NCBI GenBank assembly: GCA_964565375.1
Contig: CAZMEV010000007.1
Span: 4,504-58,800 of the forward strand
Direction: 5' to 3'
Source: an uncultured Spirochaetaceae bacterium
GTDB lineage: Bacteria > Spirochaetota > Spirochaetia > DSM-27196 > SKKC01
DNA length: 54,297 bases
The position numbers and the translations under genes were made by a program. Positions 43,056-53,827 of the stretch are shown one piece after another (position 1 is the first letter of the stretch; each line of letters opens with the position of its first letter). Below the pieces are notes generated by a model. It had not been told where the DNA came from. It was given only the letters and a program-made list of their open reading frames with translations, and did not search any database.

Positions 43056-45446
43056 GTGAAAAAGCTCTGTGGCGTACTGGCTTTCGCGATCTTAACAGCT
43101 TCACCACTCCTTTCACAGTCCTTTCAAACGGATAATGTACCCGGGATTCTTGCACGGGTCGAAACAAGATATCCCTTTCCCGAGGGGTCGAGCGGAGAAA
43201 CAGCAGTATTCGATTACATTGAACAGAGCCTCCGGGACCGCCACGCGAATACCGGCGTTGAAATGGATCGTCTCGATTTCTCGGACAGCACCGGTATGCA
43301 TTCGTTCTCGGAAGTACTGCGGGTAAGTATCCCCGGCCGATCATCGGACACGCTCGCTATCGCTATCCCGGTTTCGCATCCGGCAGGTACGCCTCACTCC
43401 GAAAGCGGCGCGGTGGGTATCGCGGCGGCCATTAACGCGGCAACCGTGTTCCTCGAAGCACGACCCGACGTGTCGGTGGATTTTCTCTTTCTCGGTGGAG
43501 AACGGAATCCCTCCGGCCCTCTCGGCAGCCGGAGAATCCTTGAACAGCTCGACGTCGAACTTCCGGACGCACTTGTGTATATTGATGTTCCCGGCGCCGG
43601 CTCATGGAGCGAATCTGTCGATACAGACGGTCTGTCTTCCGGTATTTCTACTGAAACCCGTTCTATCGTTCCCGGACTGCCGGCGACATTCAAGGCGCAG
43701 CTGGGACTTCCCCGAAGAGCCGACCCCGCCCTGTCGGTGGTGACCGGGGCTCCCGGCCAAGTAGGCCCGGAGTGGCTCGCAGACGGTGTGAGAGCCGCAG
43801 CCTCGCATGCCGGAATTCCCTCGCGTGTGGACGACAGTGCAACACAGCTTTTCCGTATCGGAAGCGGTCCGCCAGGCAGGAGCAGCCTTATCGAGCGCTG
43901 GCTCGAGGCCGGCGTTCCGTCGGTTCTTGTTGTCGATACCGAAAGTCGTTACGAGGAGCGGGTTGACCGTTTCGCCGTCCCCCCTGTGAGCCCCCGCCGG
44001 TCCGACGGCCCGCAGCGAGTTGCCGCCACCAGTGCGCTTTCAGCCGCCATAATGCACCTTCCCGGGGCGTTTTCCGACGGCATTTCCGAGGAATGGGATC
44101 GCCATGCGATCGCATTCGCAGTAGACAGGTACCGATTCGTCCTCGATGAACCCGGCTATCTACTCATGCTGCTCTCGGTGGTCGGGCTTACGGTTCTTTA
44201 TGGAACGATTTTTCGGAAACCGCTCGCACGGTATATCCGCACGGTACGACGCAACTTCTGGACTATCCCGTTGCTGTTTCTCGCTGCATTCGTGTATCTC
44301 GGCATTTCCGGTGCACTTGTAGAGGCGTTGCTCGACGTAAGGGAAGTCAGTGAACTGTGGAGCTACCGTCCGGTAGAAGCCTTTGCGCTGAAGGTTCTGC
44401 TTGCAAGCGCGCTGTTTCAACTTACTTATCTGTGGGTAGGCCGTCTTCCTCTTACGAGCAATGGAAGCTTCTATTCTGCTGCAGCCCTTTTTCTCGTGTT
44501 CTTCAGTATACTCGTATTCGCTACCATTAATATCGCTCTTTCGGTGTACTTCTTACTCGGATTTCTCGGGATATTTCTATTTTCTATTACGCGGTTTCGT
44601 ATCCTCAAAGTGATCTGGCTGCTTGTTTCGCTTGTTCCGCTGTTCATCGCAGCATGGATTGTATTTTCACAGGAAGCACTTGGTATTATCCGGCTGCTTC
44701 TGACCGACTGGCGCGGTGATCTTCTGCTGGCAGCCGCGGTTCTGCCGACACTGCTTCTGATTATTCGAATGGGATTTCTGTTCTCCCACCCGAAGAAAGG
44801 AAAAGGACATTTCCTTGGATCCGTTGCAACAACCGGATTTCTCGTGATCGCTGCAGTTTTCGCAACCAGGTTGCTTACCTTTTCTGTGTTTACATCGGAA
44901 CAACCTCAGATTGTCCGGGTTGAAGAGACTCTTGCCGGCAACAATGAGCAGCCGCAAACGGTAATCGGGAGTGACGCTCCGTTGCCGCCTCTTTCCATTG
45001 CAGGTAAAACGTTCGAACCGGAAGCGAGCCGGCACAGCGCTATCCTCGATCGTATCGCCGGCGAGGCTCCGCAGGTCTCAGTTACCGAGGTCGAGCGTGA
45101 GGCGTTTCTCGGACGTACGAGATATCGGGTTGCAATCGAGAGCACGCTTCCATTGCGGGCAGTTGACGCGGAGCTGCGCAGCAGTGAACCGCTTTTTATA
45201 TACAGCCTGAATTTCCCCTTTTCACCAATTGAGGACGGGCGTCGGCAGCAGGTTCACATCGGACAAAACCCGCCGAATCCGCTGTTTCTTGATGTTGTAG
45301 TACCGGACGACACAGACGTGGAGCTGTATTATGAAGTTGAACTTCCCGGCCCCCAGACATACGTCCCCGGAGCCGGCGAAGCGATCAGTGTATTTTCCCG
45401 CCGTATTGAGCGGGACAGTTTCACGATAACAGAAGAATCCCAATGA
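43056..45446 (+). CDS. large polytopic membrane protein with N-terminal M28-peptidase-like periplasmic domain
   Basis: GTG start with signal peptide KKLCGVLAFAILTASPLLSQ. PEGSSGETAVFDYIEQSL resembles the M28 N-terminus. About 8 or more TM helices sit mid-protein. Function is unknown. Confidence 0.6.
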   Translation: MKKLCGVLAFAILTASPLLSQSFQTDNVPGILARVETRYPFPEGSSGETAVFDYIEQSLRDRHANTGVEMDRLDFSDSTGMHSFSEVLRVSIPGRSSDTLAIAIPVSHPAGTPHSESGAVGIAAAINAATVFLEARPDVSVDFLFLGGERNPSGPLGSRRILEQLDVELPDALVYIDVPGAGSWSESVDTDGLSSGISTETRSIVPGLPATFKAQLGLPRRADPALSVVTGAPGQVGPEWLADGVRAAASHAGIPSRVDDSATQLFRIGSGPPGRSSLIERWLEAGVPSVLVVDTESRYEERVDRFAVPPVSPRRSDGPQRVAATSALSAAIMHLPGAFSDGISEEWDRHAIAFAVDRYRFVLDEPGYLLMLLSVVGLTVLYGTIFRKPLARYIRTVRRNFWTIPLLFLAAFVYLGISGALVEALLDVREVSELWSYRPVEAFALKVLLASALFQLTYLWVGRLPLTSNGSFYSAAALFLVFFSILVFATINIALSVYFLLGFLGIFLFSITRFRILKVIWLLVSLVPLFIAAWIVFSQEALGIIRLLLTDWRGDLLLAAAVLPTLLLIIRMGFLFSHPKKGKGHFLGSVATTGFLVIAAVFATRLLTFSVFTSEQPQIVRVEETLAGNNEQPQTVIGSDAPLPPLSIAGKTFEPEASRHSAILDRIAGEAPQVSVTEVEREAFLGRTRYRVAIESTLPLRAVDAELRSSEPLFIYSLNFPFSPIEDGRRQQVHIGQNPPNPLFLDVVVPDDTDVELYYEVELPGPQTYVPGAGEAISVFSRRIERDSFTITEESQ

Positions 45447-46654
45447 GTGCGCAAACGGTATTTCTGCACGTGGACCTCGATGCCTTCTACGCATCGGTGG
45501 AGCAACGCGATAAGCCGGACCTCCGCGGTAAAGCGGTAATAGTCGGAGGCAGTGCCGACGGCCGTGGTGTGGTGAGCGCCTGCAGCTATGAAGCACGGGT
45601 ATACGGCGTGCATAGTGCCATGCCTGCAGCGGAAGCACGCCGGAGGGCACCGCACGCAATCTTTCTGCCGGTTCGCATGCAGCGTTACCAGGAAGTCTCC
45701 CGCGCAATAATGCAGAAGCTCAACGAGTATACCCCCTCTCTTCAGCAGATCTCGGTGGATGAGGCGTTTCTCGACATGACTGGAACCAGACGCCTGCTCG
45801 GAGACCCTGCGGACGTAGCCGCAGCAATCAGGACCGGCATTCGCAATGAGTTCGGCTTAACCGCCTCAATAGGAGTGGGTCCGAGCCGGTTCATTGCCAA
45901 AATGGCCTCCGATTTCAATAAACCCGACGGTATGCATGTGGTTGTACCCGGCGGCGAAGCTGATTTTGTGCTGGGGCTTGATCTCGGCGATCTATGGGGC
46001 CTCGGCCGGAAGACAAGAGCGCGGCTTGAGTCACTCGGTATTACCCGGGTTGATCAGCTTCGCGCGCAGCCGATTGAACACCTGCGGGGCCATTTCGGCC
46101 CGTCGGCAGGTGCATTTCTGTACAACATTGCACGCGGCATAGACCCGGGTATTTTCACCCCTCGCCGCGGGCGTCACTCGATTTCCACTGAAACGACATT
46201 TGAACGCGATATTACAATCCGGGATACCCTTTTGAGCATTTTGCTCGAACTGTGCGAACAGGTCATGTTCCGCGCGTATTATGAGAATGCCCGATCGAGC
46301 ATTGTGACGATAAAACTGCGTACGGCAGATTTCCACACAAAGACTGCGCGACGCACCCAGCCGGCACCGGTCGGCAGCACGGATGAGCTGTTTCGCGCAG
46401 CCAGCGCTCTTCTCTCCGAGAAATGGGACGGTTCCCCCCTGCGGCTTATCGGAGCGGGCCTCGATGATGTAACCCACGGCGAGGAGACCGCGCAGGGAGA
46501 GCTTTTCGACGAGACATCCCACGAAAGCAGACGCAAGCGCAAACTCGAGCAAGCCGTGTTTGCCCTGCGCGAGCAGGGGATGGATATTCACAAAGCCGGT
46601 GGTACAGCGCACCGGCGGGATATTCCCCAGGAGCGCGAGCGCAGATCTGAATAG
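45443..46654 (+). CDS. dinB: DNA polymerase IV
   Basis: FLHVDLDAFYASVEQRD and the SIGVGPSRFIAKMASD motifs are present. It overlaps the upstream stop by 4 nt. Confidence 0.92.
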   Translation: MSAQTVFLHVDLDAFYASVEQRDKPDLRGKAVIVGGSADGRGVVSACSYEARVYGVHSAMPAAEARRRAPHAIFLPVRMQRYQEVSRAIMQKLNEYTPSLQQISVDEAFLDMTGTRRLLGDPADVAAAIRTGIRNEFGLTASIGVGPSRFIAKMASDFNKPDGMHVVVPGGEADFVLGLDLGDLWGLGRKTRARLESLGITRVDQLRAQPIEHLRGHFGPSAGAFLYNIARGIDPGIFTPRRGRHSISTETTFERDITIRDTLLSILLELCEQVMFRAYYENARSSIVTIKLRTADFHTKTARRTQPAPVGSTDELFRAASALLSEKWDGSPLRLIGAGLDDVTHGEETAQGELFDETSHESRRKRKLEQAVFALREQGMDIHKAGGTAHRRDIPQERERRSE

Positions 46655-46659
46655 TTACC

Positions 46660-46806
46660 CGGGAGTGCGATGGTGTCTGAGGCGCCTGCTTGACAGTGGC
46701 CGCGCGAGGCCGGCTGAACCGCCTTCTTTTTTGCAGTGGGTGCGCGAGGGGGCTGAGCCGCCTGCTTTACAGTGGCTGCGCGAGGGTGTCTGAACCGCCG
46801 CCTGCC
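46660..46806. repeat. 36-40-bp degenerate tandem repeat, about 4 copies
   Basis: cagtgg.ygcgcgagg...ctga.ccgcc units occur at about 46661, 46694, 46734 and 46770. They lie between the convergent dinB and GAF genes. Confidence 0.75.
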
Positions 46807-47291
46807 TAAACACCCGAGGGATCAAACACCGCCGGAATATGGGGTGCGACGAGATCGGCTACCCGGCGAAGGAACGGTTCGTCCGCTTCGGTGAACGGGT
46901 TGCGGGTGTGGCTGTCAATATCAATCTCCCCGACAAAAGAACCGTTTAGGAAAATGGGCACGACAATTTCCGCCTTCGTTTTGACGCTGCAGCTGAGGTA
47001 GTTCTCCGCGGCACTCACATCCGGCACCGTAAACGTCTCGAGGCTTTCGGCACTTTGACCGCAGATACCCCGTCCGTACGGGATCTGGCTATGCTCGGTG
47101 GGTTCGCCGCAAAACGGTCCGAGCACGAGCAGCCGTTTTTCAGGCACTGCGAAGTAGAATCCGAACCAATCGTAGTGCGGGACTTGTCGACAAAGCAGAT
47201 CACATATAAGTTGCAGACTCTGGCCTGGTTCTTTCGCCGGGGGCAGGAGGTCGGCGACCTTCTGCTCAAGCGTGTTAAAATTAATACTCAC
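46806..47291 (-). CDS. single-GAF-domain protein (free methionine-(R)-sulfoxide reductase-like)
   Basis: 161 aa with the size and layout of YebR/fRMsr-type GAF proteins (GPFCGEP...IPYGRGICG...IVVPI...GEIDIDS). Confidence 0.7.
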   Translation of the reverse strand: MSINFNTLEQKVADLLPPAKEPGQSLQLICDLLCRQVPHYDWFGFYFAVPEKRLLVLGPFCGEPTEHSQIPYGRGICGQSAESLETFTVPDVSAAENYLSCSVKTKAEIVVPIFLNGSFVGEIDIDSHTRNPFTEADEPFLRRVADLVAPHIPAVFDPSGV

Positions 47292-47331
47292 AGTCCGGGA
47301 GCATAAGAAATTTCAATTATTGGAGCAAGTT

Positions 47332-48546
47332 ATGATCCGAATGAATCCTCATTACAAGAAACTCGCGGCGAGTTACCTTTTTTCGAATATCGCGGAAAAG
47401 GTGTCAGCACACCAGAACAAGCACCCTGATACCGACATTATTAAGCTCGGCATCGGGGACGTCACTCTGAGTCTGCCCGAGGCATGTGTAGAGGCGCTGA
47501 AAAAAGGGGCGGACGAACTCTCCACCGACCGGTCGTTCCGCGGGTATGGTCCGGAACGCGGCTACGAGTTTCTCCGCAACGCAATAGCTGAGAACGACTA
47601 TAACGGGCTCGGCATCGATGCTGATGAAATCTTTGTAAGCGACGGCGCAAAGTGCGACACAGGTAACTTTCTTGATGTGCTCGCCCATGATATAAGCGTG
47701 GCTGTCCCCGACCCCGTATATCCGGTATATGTCGATACAAATGTCATGGTCGGACGAACCGGGGAGTATCACCACGGGCGCTATGAGGGTTTGCACTATC
47801 TCGCAGGCACTCCGGAAAACGGCTTTGTTCCGACTCCGCCGAATGAGTCGGTTGATCTCATATATCTGTGCTTCCCGAACAATCCTACAGGCGCCGTTGC
47901 AACGAAAGAGCAACTGCAGGTCTGGGTGGATTACGCACGAGGAAATGGATCGCTTATTCTGTTCGACGCTGCGTATGAGCGGTTTATCTCCGATAAGTCA
48001 CTTCCGAAATCCATATATGAAATACCCGGTGCGCGTGAGTGTGCGGTTGAGTTTCGAAGTTACTCCAAAACCGCCGGATTCACCGGTACTCGGTGCGCAT
48101 TCACGGTCGTTCCCAAAACCATTCAAATTGCAGATCCTCAAGGAAAACGTCACTCACTTCACGGGCTGTGGAACCGAAGGCAATCAACGAAGTTCAACGG
48201 TGTCTCCTATCCCGTTCAGCGTGCTGCGGAAGCAGTGTACAGCCATGACGGCAAACACGAGGTTGATGAACGCATCCGCTATTACATGAAGAACGCACAC
48301 ATGATCCGGGAGGCCATGGTCAGAGCCGGCTACAACGTTACCGGCGGTGAGCAAAGCCCGTATGTCTGGGTCGAAACCGGCACGGACAGCTGGTCGTTCT
48401 TTGAAAAAGTCCTCAATGAGGCTTCGGTTGTTATTACACCGGGTGTCGGATTCGGGCGCCTTGGTGAAGGCTTTATACGTATCAGCGCGTTCAACCACCG
48501 CGAAAACGTCGAGCGGGCACTTAAGCGGCTGCGGAAAGTGCTGTAG
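47332..48546 (+). CDS. dapL: LL-diaminopimelate aminotransferase
   Basis: [17 protein letters not shown]...IKLGIGD, FPNNPTG and the [12 protein letters not shown]-lysine motif are present. A GGAG RBS lies 6 nt before the ATG at 47332. Confidence 0.88.
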   Translation: MIRMNPHYKKLAASYLFSNIAEKVSAHQNKHPDTDIIKLGIGDVTLSLPEACVEALKKGADELSTDRSFRGYGPERGYEFLRNAIAENDYNGLGIDADEIFVSDGAKCDTGNFLDVLAHDISVAVPDPVYPVYVDTNVMVGRTGEYHHGRYEGLHYLAGTPENGFVPTPPNESVDLIYLCFPNNPTGAVATKEQLQVWVDYARGNGSLILFDAAYERFISDKSLPKSIYEIPGARECAVEFRSYSKTAGFTGTRCAFTVVPKTIQIADPQGKRHSLHGLWNRRQSTKFNGVSYPVQRAAEAVYSHDGKHEVDERIRYYMKNAHMIREAMVRAGYNVTGGEQSPYVWVETGTDSWSFFEKVLNEASVVITPGVGFGRLGEGFIRISAFNHRENVERALKRLRKVL

Positions 48547-48644
48547 GCCAGATATCGTCCGCCGGGTGTGGTGAGCAGAGCTTCAGGGGGTCTGCGGAGC
48601 TTTCAGGCAGAACCGAGAAAGCATGCATGAGTCTGCGGCGGCCG

Positions 48645-48668
48645 GCATGACCACGGGGTTGGTCATGC
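48645..48668. terminator. hairpin between the convergent dapL and arsC genes
   Basis: gcatgacca-cggggt-tggtcatgc forms a perfect 9-bp stem. Confidence 0.45.
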
Positions 48669-48693
48669 TTCCGCGGTCGCACAATCAGGGCCG

Positions 48694-49131
48694 TCACGAC
48701 CCCATTAATTCACTCTGGTAGAACTGAAGCACCTTGTCCCGGATCGAGTCACGAATGCTTCGAATACGATTCAGCCGTTCCTGAGGATCTCCGCCAACAG
48801 AAGAAGGGTCTTCGAAGGGCCAGTGAAGGCGTTTTTTTTCTGCGGGAAACACAGGACAACGTTCGGCTGCCTTTTTGTCGCACACGGCTACCACATAGTC
48901 GAACGACTCCCCTGCTTCACTGAGCGCGAAAACGCTCTGTGTCTGTTTGGAGGATATGTCAATTCCGTCCTCGGCAAGTACATGGACTACATCCGGATTA
49001 AGGCTGCCCGGCTCCAGTCCGGCGCTCACAACATCGATCCGTCCGTCAGATATTTTGCGCAAGTACTCTTCGGCCATTTGACTTCGCGCACTGTTGTGAA
49101 TGCATGTGAAAAGCACCCGTATTCGCTTCAT
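48694..49131 (-). CDS. arsC: arsenate reductase, LMW-PTP (thioredoxin-coupled) type
   Basis: VLFTCIHNSARSQMAE P-loop plus downstream Cys residues (AVCDK...CPVFP). Confidence 0.88.
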   Translation of the reverse strand: MKRIRVLFTCIHNSARSQMAEEYLRKISDGRIDVVSAGLEPGSLNPDVVHVLAEDGIDISSKQTQSVFALSEAGESFDYVVAVCDKKAAERCPVFPAEKKRLHWPFEDPSSVGGDPQERLNRIRSIRDSIRDKVLQFYQSELMGS

Positions 49132-49204
49132 AATTACCTCGTTTTTCGTGCTATACCGGAAATCATAGCATTAGTGCACCGTTCCTTGGCTGCCGCAGCA
49201 AGCC

Positions 49205-49220
49205 TATCATAGGCATGATA
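49205..49220. promoter_or_regulatory. inverted repeat in the arsC/acr3 divergent intergenic region
   Basis: tatcat-aggc-atgata (6-bp arms) lies in an AT-rich 193-bp spacer. Confidence 0.25.
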
Positions 49221-49324
49221 AATTTTCTTCCGATACTCCCTGTAGTCACTACTATACTGTTTACATGCGATTTCTCGCAAGTCTAATATGCGGTAACATA
49301 CATTCATTGAACGCGAGGAAGCTG

Positions 49325-50446
49325 ATGAACGATAAAAGAGAGGACAATGCGAGCCAGACCGAGGGCCTTGGAATCTTCGGCCGCTACCTGACCGTATGGG
49401 TTGCGCTGTGCATAGCAGTCGGGGTGGCAATCGGGCAGTTCGCTCCGGCAGTCCCGGAATTCCTGAGCCGCTTTGAGTACGCTCAGGTCTCTATTCCGGT
49501 TGCAATCCTGATATGGCTCATGATCTACCCCATGATGCTGAAGGTAGATTTTTCCGGCATCGTGAGGGCTCTCAAGATGCCGAAAGGCCTCACAGTTACG
49601 TGCACGGTAAACTGGCTGATTAAGCCGTTCAGCATGTTTGCTATTACCTGGTTCTTTCTTACGGTTGTATTTCAGCCATTTATACCCGAGTCGCTTGCAC
49701 AGGAATATGTGGCCGGCGCGGTTATTCTCGGCGCGGCTCCATGCACGGCAATGGTATTCGTCTGGAGTCATCTTACCCGTGGGAATGCCCCCTATACACT
49801 TGTCCAGGTGGCGGTGAACAACATCATCCTTCTGTTCGCATTTGCACCGATCGTGGCGATTCTTCTCGGCGTAGGCGATATTTTCGTTCCGATTGACACG
49901 CTGCTGCTTTCGGTCGGTCTGTTTATCGTGGTACCGCTTGCCGCGGGCTGGATCAGCAGGGTCCAGATCATTAAAAGAAAAGGACTCGACTACTTTGAAA
50001 ATGTGTTTCTCAAGAAGTTCGAAGGGATAACCACCACGGGCCTTCTGCTCACACTGATCCTGCTTTTCAGTTTTCAGGGGGAAGTGATACTCGAGAATCC
50101 GTTTCACATACTGTTGATTGCCGTCCCGCTGATTATTCAGACGTTCTTCATATTCGCTATTGCGTACGGATGGGCGAAAGCGTGGAAACTGAGCCATGAC
50201 GTAGCCGCGCCGGCGGCGATGATCGGTGCAAGTAACTTTTTTGAACTTGCGGTGGCAGTTGCGATTTCCCTCTTCGGCCTCACCTCGGGTGCGGCGCTCG
50301 CAACGGTTGTAGGGGTACTCGTGGAAGTTCCTGTTATGCTTACTCTCGTAAAAATCGCGAATAGAACACGTCACTGGTTTCCTGCACCCACCAGTGGCGA
50401 GGCCGCAACAGCCGGGGCACCCGCGAGGCAAGCAGAGGAAGCATAG
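49325..50446 (+). CDS. acr3: arsenite efflux permease, ACR3 family
   Basis: [30 protein letters not shown] (conserved Cys) and about 10 TM helices. The ATG at 49325 was chosen. Confidence 0.9.
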   Translation: MNDKREDNASQTEGLGIFGRYLTVWVALCIAVGVAIGQFAPAVPEFLSRFEYAQVSIPVAILIWLMIYPMMLKVDFSGIVRALKMPKGLTVTCTVNWLIKPFSMFAITWFFLTVVFQPFIPESLAQEYVAGAVILGAAPCTAMVFVWSHLTRGNAPYTLVQVAVNNIILLFAFAPIVAILLGVGDIFVPIDTLLLSVGLFIVVPLAAGWISRVQIIKRKGLDYFENVFLKKFEGITTTGLLLTLILLFSFQGEVILENPFHILLIAVPLIIQTFFIFAIAYGWAKAWKLSHDVAAPAAMIGASNFFELAVAVAISLFGLTSGAALATVVGVLVEVPVMLTLVKIANRTRHWFPAPTSGEAATAGAPARQAEEA

Positions 50447-50509
50447 TAATTCGTGGCAAACCGGGAGCCCACAGGGCGACTTTTTGGTTGTATACTATGG
50501 GCTCTCGAT

Positions 50510-52237
50510 ATGGCACAGGAAAGAAACTCTGAACGCACCTTGTTCGTTGCAGGACATAAGAATCCCGACACCGACGCTGTATGCGCGGCGATCGCTTATG
50601 CGGATTACAAGCGACGTACCGGAACCAAGGCGAAGGCATTCCGCGCAGGCAACCTGAATGCACAGACAAAGCACGTACTGGACCGATTCGGAATCGAGCA
50701 ACCACCATTGCTTGCCGATGTGTACCCTCGCGTGAGCGACATAATGCTCGGGCGAGGCGAAATCATATCAATGACTCCCGATCAACCGCTCGCAGATGCT
50801 CACAGAATCATGCTTGCGCGACGATTCTCGTTTCTGCCGGTGGCCGACGAAAACAACCGCTGTATCGGCAAGGTCTCGCTTGTGACCCTTGTGAAGCTTC
50901 TTACCGAGCTTGGCCGGGGATGCAGTGAAGAAGCCAAGCGGTTCAACGTCGGCAATTTCGTTGAACGAACCGGCTCGCGCCTTCTCGATAATGCAGGTAG
51001 TCCGCAGACGTGGTTCACGGGGGAAATCTGGTCGGAAGAACTCTGCGGGCCATCGCAAAGCAGCAATTCCGGAAGCGACAGACATACGAGTTCGATCGGA
51101 GGCGAATTACCGTCCTCCGAGGACGCCCAGTCCGGCCCACGGTGTATAATCATAAACGAACGGAATATCGCCGCCGGCGATTTCCCGGCCCCACGCCGGC
51201 AGGACCTTGTTATTGTCTACCGCGCTGACGGCCGTTCCGTTGATGTCCCTCTCACCGAGCTCGTGGACGAAATGCCGTGTCCGGTTATCATCGCCGCGCT
51301 GAATTACGTCGATGTCATCGTCCAGCTTCATATGTCCATGCCTGTTTCGGCTTTCGTCGAGTCGGCCGAACCAACGTTTCGCGACAGCGAAATGCTTCGG
51401 GATGTAGAGAAACGGGTGAACCGCTTTAATCTCGGCGGCTTCATAGTCCTTGACGATGACGGATACCTTACAGGGGTGCTCACGAGGATACGCCTCGCCA
51501 AAACCTCCCGCTACCGGGTTGCCCTCGTTGACCACAACGAGTTCGGACAGGCCGTGGACGGTATTGAACAGGCTGAAGTTGAAGAAATTGTTGACCACCA
51601 CAGGCTGCGCGCACATACAACCGACCAGCCGATTACTTTTATAAATCGCGTTGTCGGTTCAACATGTACGATTATCGCGGATATGTTTCGCAGCGCCCGG
51701 TTGACACCAAGGCCGAACATCGCCGGCGCCATGCTTTCGGCCATACTTTCGGATACGGTGATCCTTCGCAGCCCCACAACCACGCCACTCGACCATGAAA
51801 TCGCCCAGGATCTTGCAGGGCTTGCCGGAGTGGATATTCACGAGTGGGGTGAAGAGATGTTCGCCGCCGGAACCAACCTGCATGAGATGGAACCGAAGGA
51901 TATTATTCTGCAGGACCAGAAGATGTACGACGAAAACGGATGGCGATTCGCGGTCAGCCAGATTGAAATGGTCGGTTTCAAAAGCTTTTACGAGAGGAAA
52001 GACGAGATTGCCGAAGCTCTCGAGCGTCTTCGCGGCGAGCAGGGGCACCATTTCGCCTGCCTGCTGGTAAGCGATATCGCAAAGGAAACCAGTCTGCTTC
52101 TGTTCAAAGGCAACGATCGAATCGCAGAGGATATTGGATACCCGAAAGTGGACGCGAACCTGTACGAACTGCGTGGCGTGCTTTCGCGCAAGAAGCAGCT
52201 GCTACCGAGCCTGCTCGACGTAGTGCGCGCTTCCTGA
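50510..52237 (+). CDS. ppaC: CBS-domain-containing family II (DHH) inorganic pyrophosphatase
   Basis: VAGHKNPDTDAV (DHH motif I), a CBS pair with an inserted domain, ALVDHNE, IVDHHR and a DHHA2-like C-terminus. The ATG at 50510 was chosen. Confidence 0.85.
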   Translation: MAQERNSERTLFVAGHKNPDTDAVCAAIAYADYKRRTGTKAKAFRAGNLNAQTKHVLDRFGIEQPPLLADVYPRVSDIMLGRGEIISMTPDQPLADAHRIMLARRFSFLPVADENNRCIGKVSLVTLVKLLTELGRGCSEEAKRFNVGNFVERTGSRLLDNAGSPQTWFTGEIWSEELCGPSQSSNSGSDRHTSSIGGELPSSEDAQSGPRCIIINERNIAAGDFPAPRRQDLVIVYRADGRSVDVPLTELVDEMPCPVIIAALNYVDVIVQLHMSMPVSAFVESAEPTFRDSEMLRDVEKRVNRFNLGGFIVLDDDGYLTGVLTRIRLAKTSRYRVALVDHNEFGQAVDGIEQAEVEEIVDHHRLRAHTTDQPITFINRVVGSTCTIIADMFRSARLTPRPNIAGAMLSAILSDTVILRSPTTTPLDHEIAQDLAGLAGVDIHEWGEEMFAAGTNLHEMEPKDIILQDQKMYDENGWRFAVSQIEMVGFKSFYERKDEIAEALERLRGEQGHHFACLLVSDIAKETSLLLFKGNDRIAEDIGYPKVDANLYELRGVLSRKKQLLPSLLDVVRAS

Positions 52238-52280
52238 TAATGCGTCGGTGACTTAACGGTTTCCAGGGCCGCTGGATCCT

Positions 52281-52305
52281 CTGCCCGGCAACGAGAGCCG
52301 GGCAG
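52281..52305. terminator. hairpin between the convergent ppaC and symporter genes
   Basis: ctgcccggc-aacgaga-gccgggcag forms a perfect 9-bp stem. Confidence 0.5.
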
Positions 52306-52330
52306 CGGGAAGACATCAGCCTGAAAGAAA

Positions 52331-53818
52331 CTATGCATTCATTATTCGTTCCATTTTTTCCGTGAGCGGTTGCGCCGGTGTAAGATACGAAACCCCGATG
52401 AACGTAATAACGGACAGTACCATTGCAAACGCGCCAATATACATGCCGTAAGGAAGGCTGTAGATTTCCAGCGTTGCAAGGACTTCGAAAACTACGGCAA
52501 CGGAAAGCCCGACAATGAGCGAGGCAATGGCTCCCTGGCTCGTGGCGCGCTTCCAGTTAAGGCCAATTCCGAGCGTCGGAGCCAGTGCAGCGGCAAAGGT
52601 TCCCCATCCAACGGCACCGGGAAGAGCAATGCCCTGATCCCCGAGGGCAAGAACCGCAAGGACGGTCAGCACGGATATCGCTACGACACTGACACGCCCC
52701 CAGACAAGCTGTTGCCGGTCGGTAAGTGAGCGGCCGAACGCATGCGGAACGTCACGAACCACCGCCGCCGAAGATACGTTAATGAAGGCATCGCAGGTTG
52801 ACATGATGGCCGAAGTGACACCGGCAAGCACAAGGCCCGCAAGGAACGGCGGGGTATACCCGGTGAGAAAAACGAGAATAGCGTTGTCCGGATTGGCAAG
52901 CGGTTCAATTTCACCGGTCATGACCAGGAAACGCATGACAAGGCCGACACCAAAAAAAGCAGCCCGGCTAGTACAGCGGGAATGACAGCCACAGCCGGTC
53001 CCCACTTGAGCTTGTTGATATCCTTTATCATGTACAATCGACCGACGATGTGAGGCTGGCCCACGATTCCGATCGAAAGTACGAAGAACCAGCTCATGGA
53101 CAGTATCGGACCTGCAAGTCCCCACGGACCAATGAACTCGGGCATTGCCTCGTCCGTGCCCGTAAACGGCGACTCGGCTATTGTACTCGTGATACTCGTC
53201 ATGCCGTCGCCGACAAGAAGCACGTAGACAAATACTACGATTGAACCGATCGCCATTATGATACCCTGAAAAACGCTCGTGTACGTTCCTGCGAGAATGC
53301 CGCCTGCGGTGGAGTACAGTGCCACGATCGCCATACCGATTATGGTTCCGGCGGGAACGCTTATCTGGAAGATAAACGCGATTATAGTACCAAGGGCTAA
53401 GCACCTGAGTGGCCAGAAATACGATAATACCGATAAGTGTCGCGAAGCCGGTCAGTCCGCTCGCAGCCCGGTTGTTAAACCGGGCGTGTACAGCATCGGC
53501 AACGGTCATCGCTCCGTACGCTTCGGTAATGAGGCGCATCCGTTTTCCGAGAATATGCCATGCCATGGCCAAGGAAACGGTCGTCGGGAGCGTAAACCAC
53601 AGCGCTCCCATTCCAAGGCTATATGTCAGCCACGGCCCTCCGAGAAACAGAAAGCCACTCAGAGCGGTGGCGAAGACCGACATGGCCATGACGAAAATGC
53701 CCAGACTCTTTCCGGCGATGAAGAAGTCCGCAGCGCTCTTGGTGCGATTCATGGCCCAAACGCCGATCGCGAACACAATAATGAAATAAATGACTGCGAT
53801 TGATACGATGATATTCAC
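52331..53818 (-). pseudogene. sodium:solute symporter (SSF) gene with two compensating frameshifts
   Basis: The N- and C-terminal thirds of the 495-codon ORF are SSF-like, but codons for roughly 53398-52955 give R/H-rich non-membrane sequence. The +1 frame (ORF 52918..53334) instead encodes canonical SSF sequence, including STAGGILAGTYTSVFQGIIM and GQPHIVGRLYMIKD. Confidence 0.7.
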
Positions 53819-53827
53819 GAGATCCCC

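Noticed and set aside
49304-50431. 375-aa minus-strand ORF spanning almost exactly the acr3 gene
   Set aside because: The plus-strand frame is an unmistakable ACR3 permease. The antisense product is R/H/C-rich and not membrane-like, so this is a compositional artefact.
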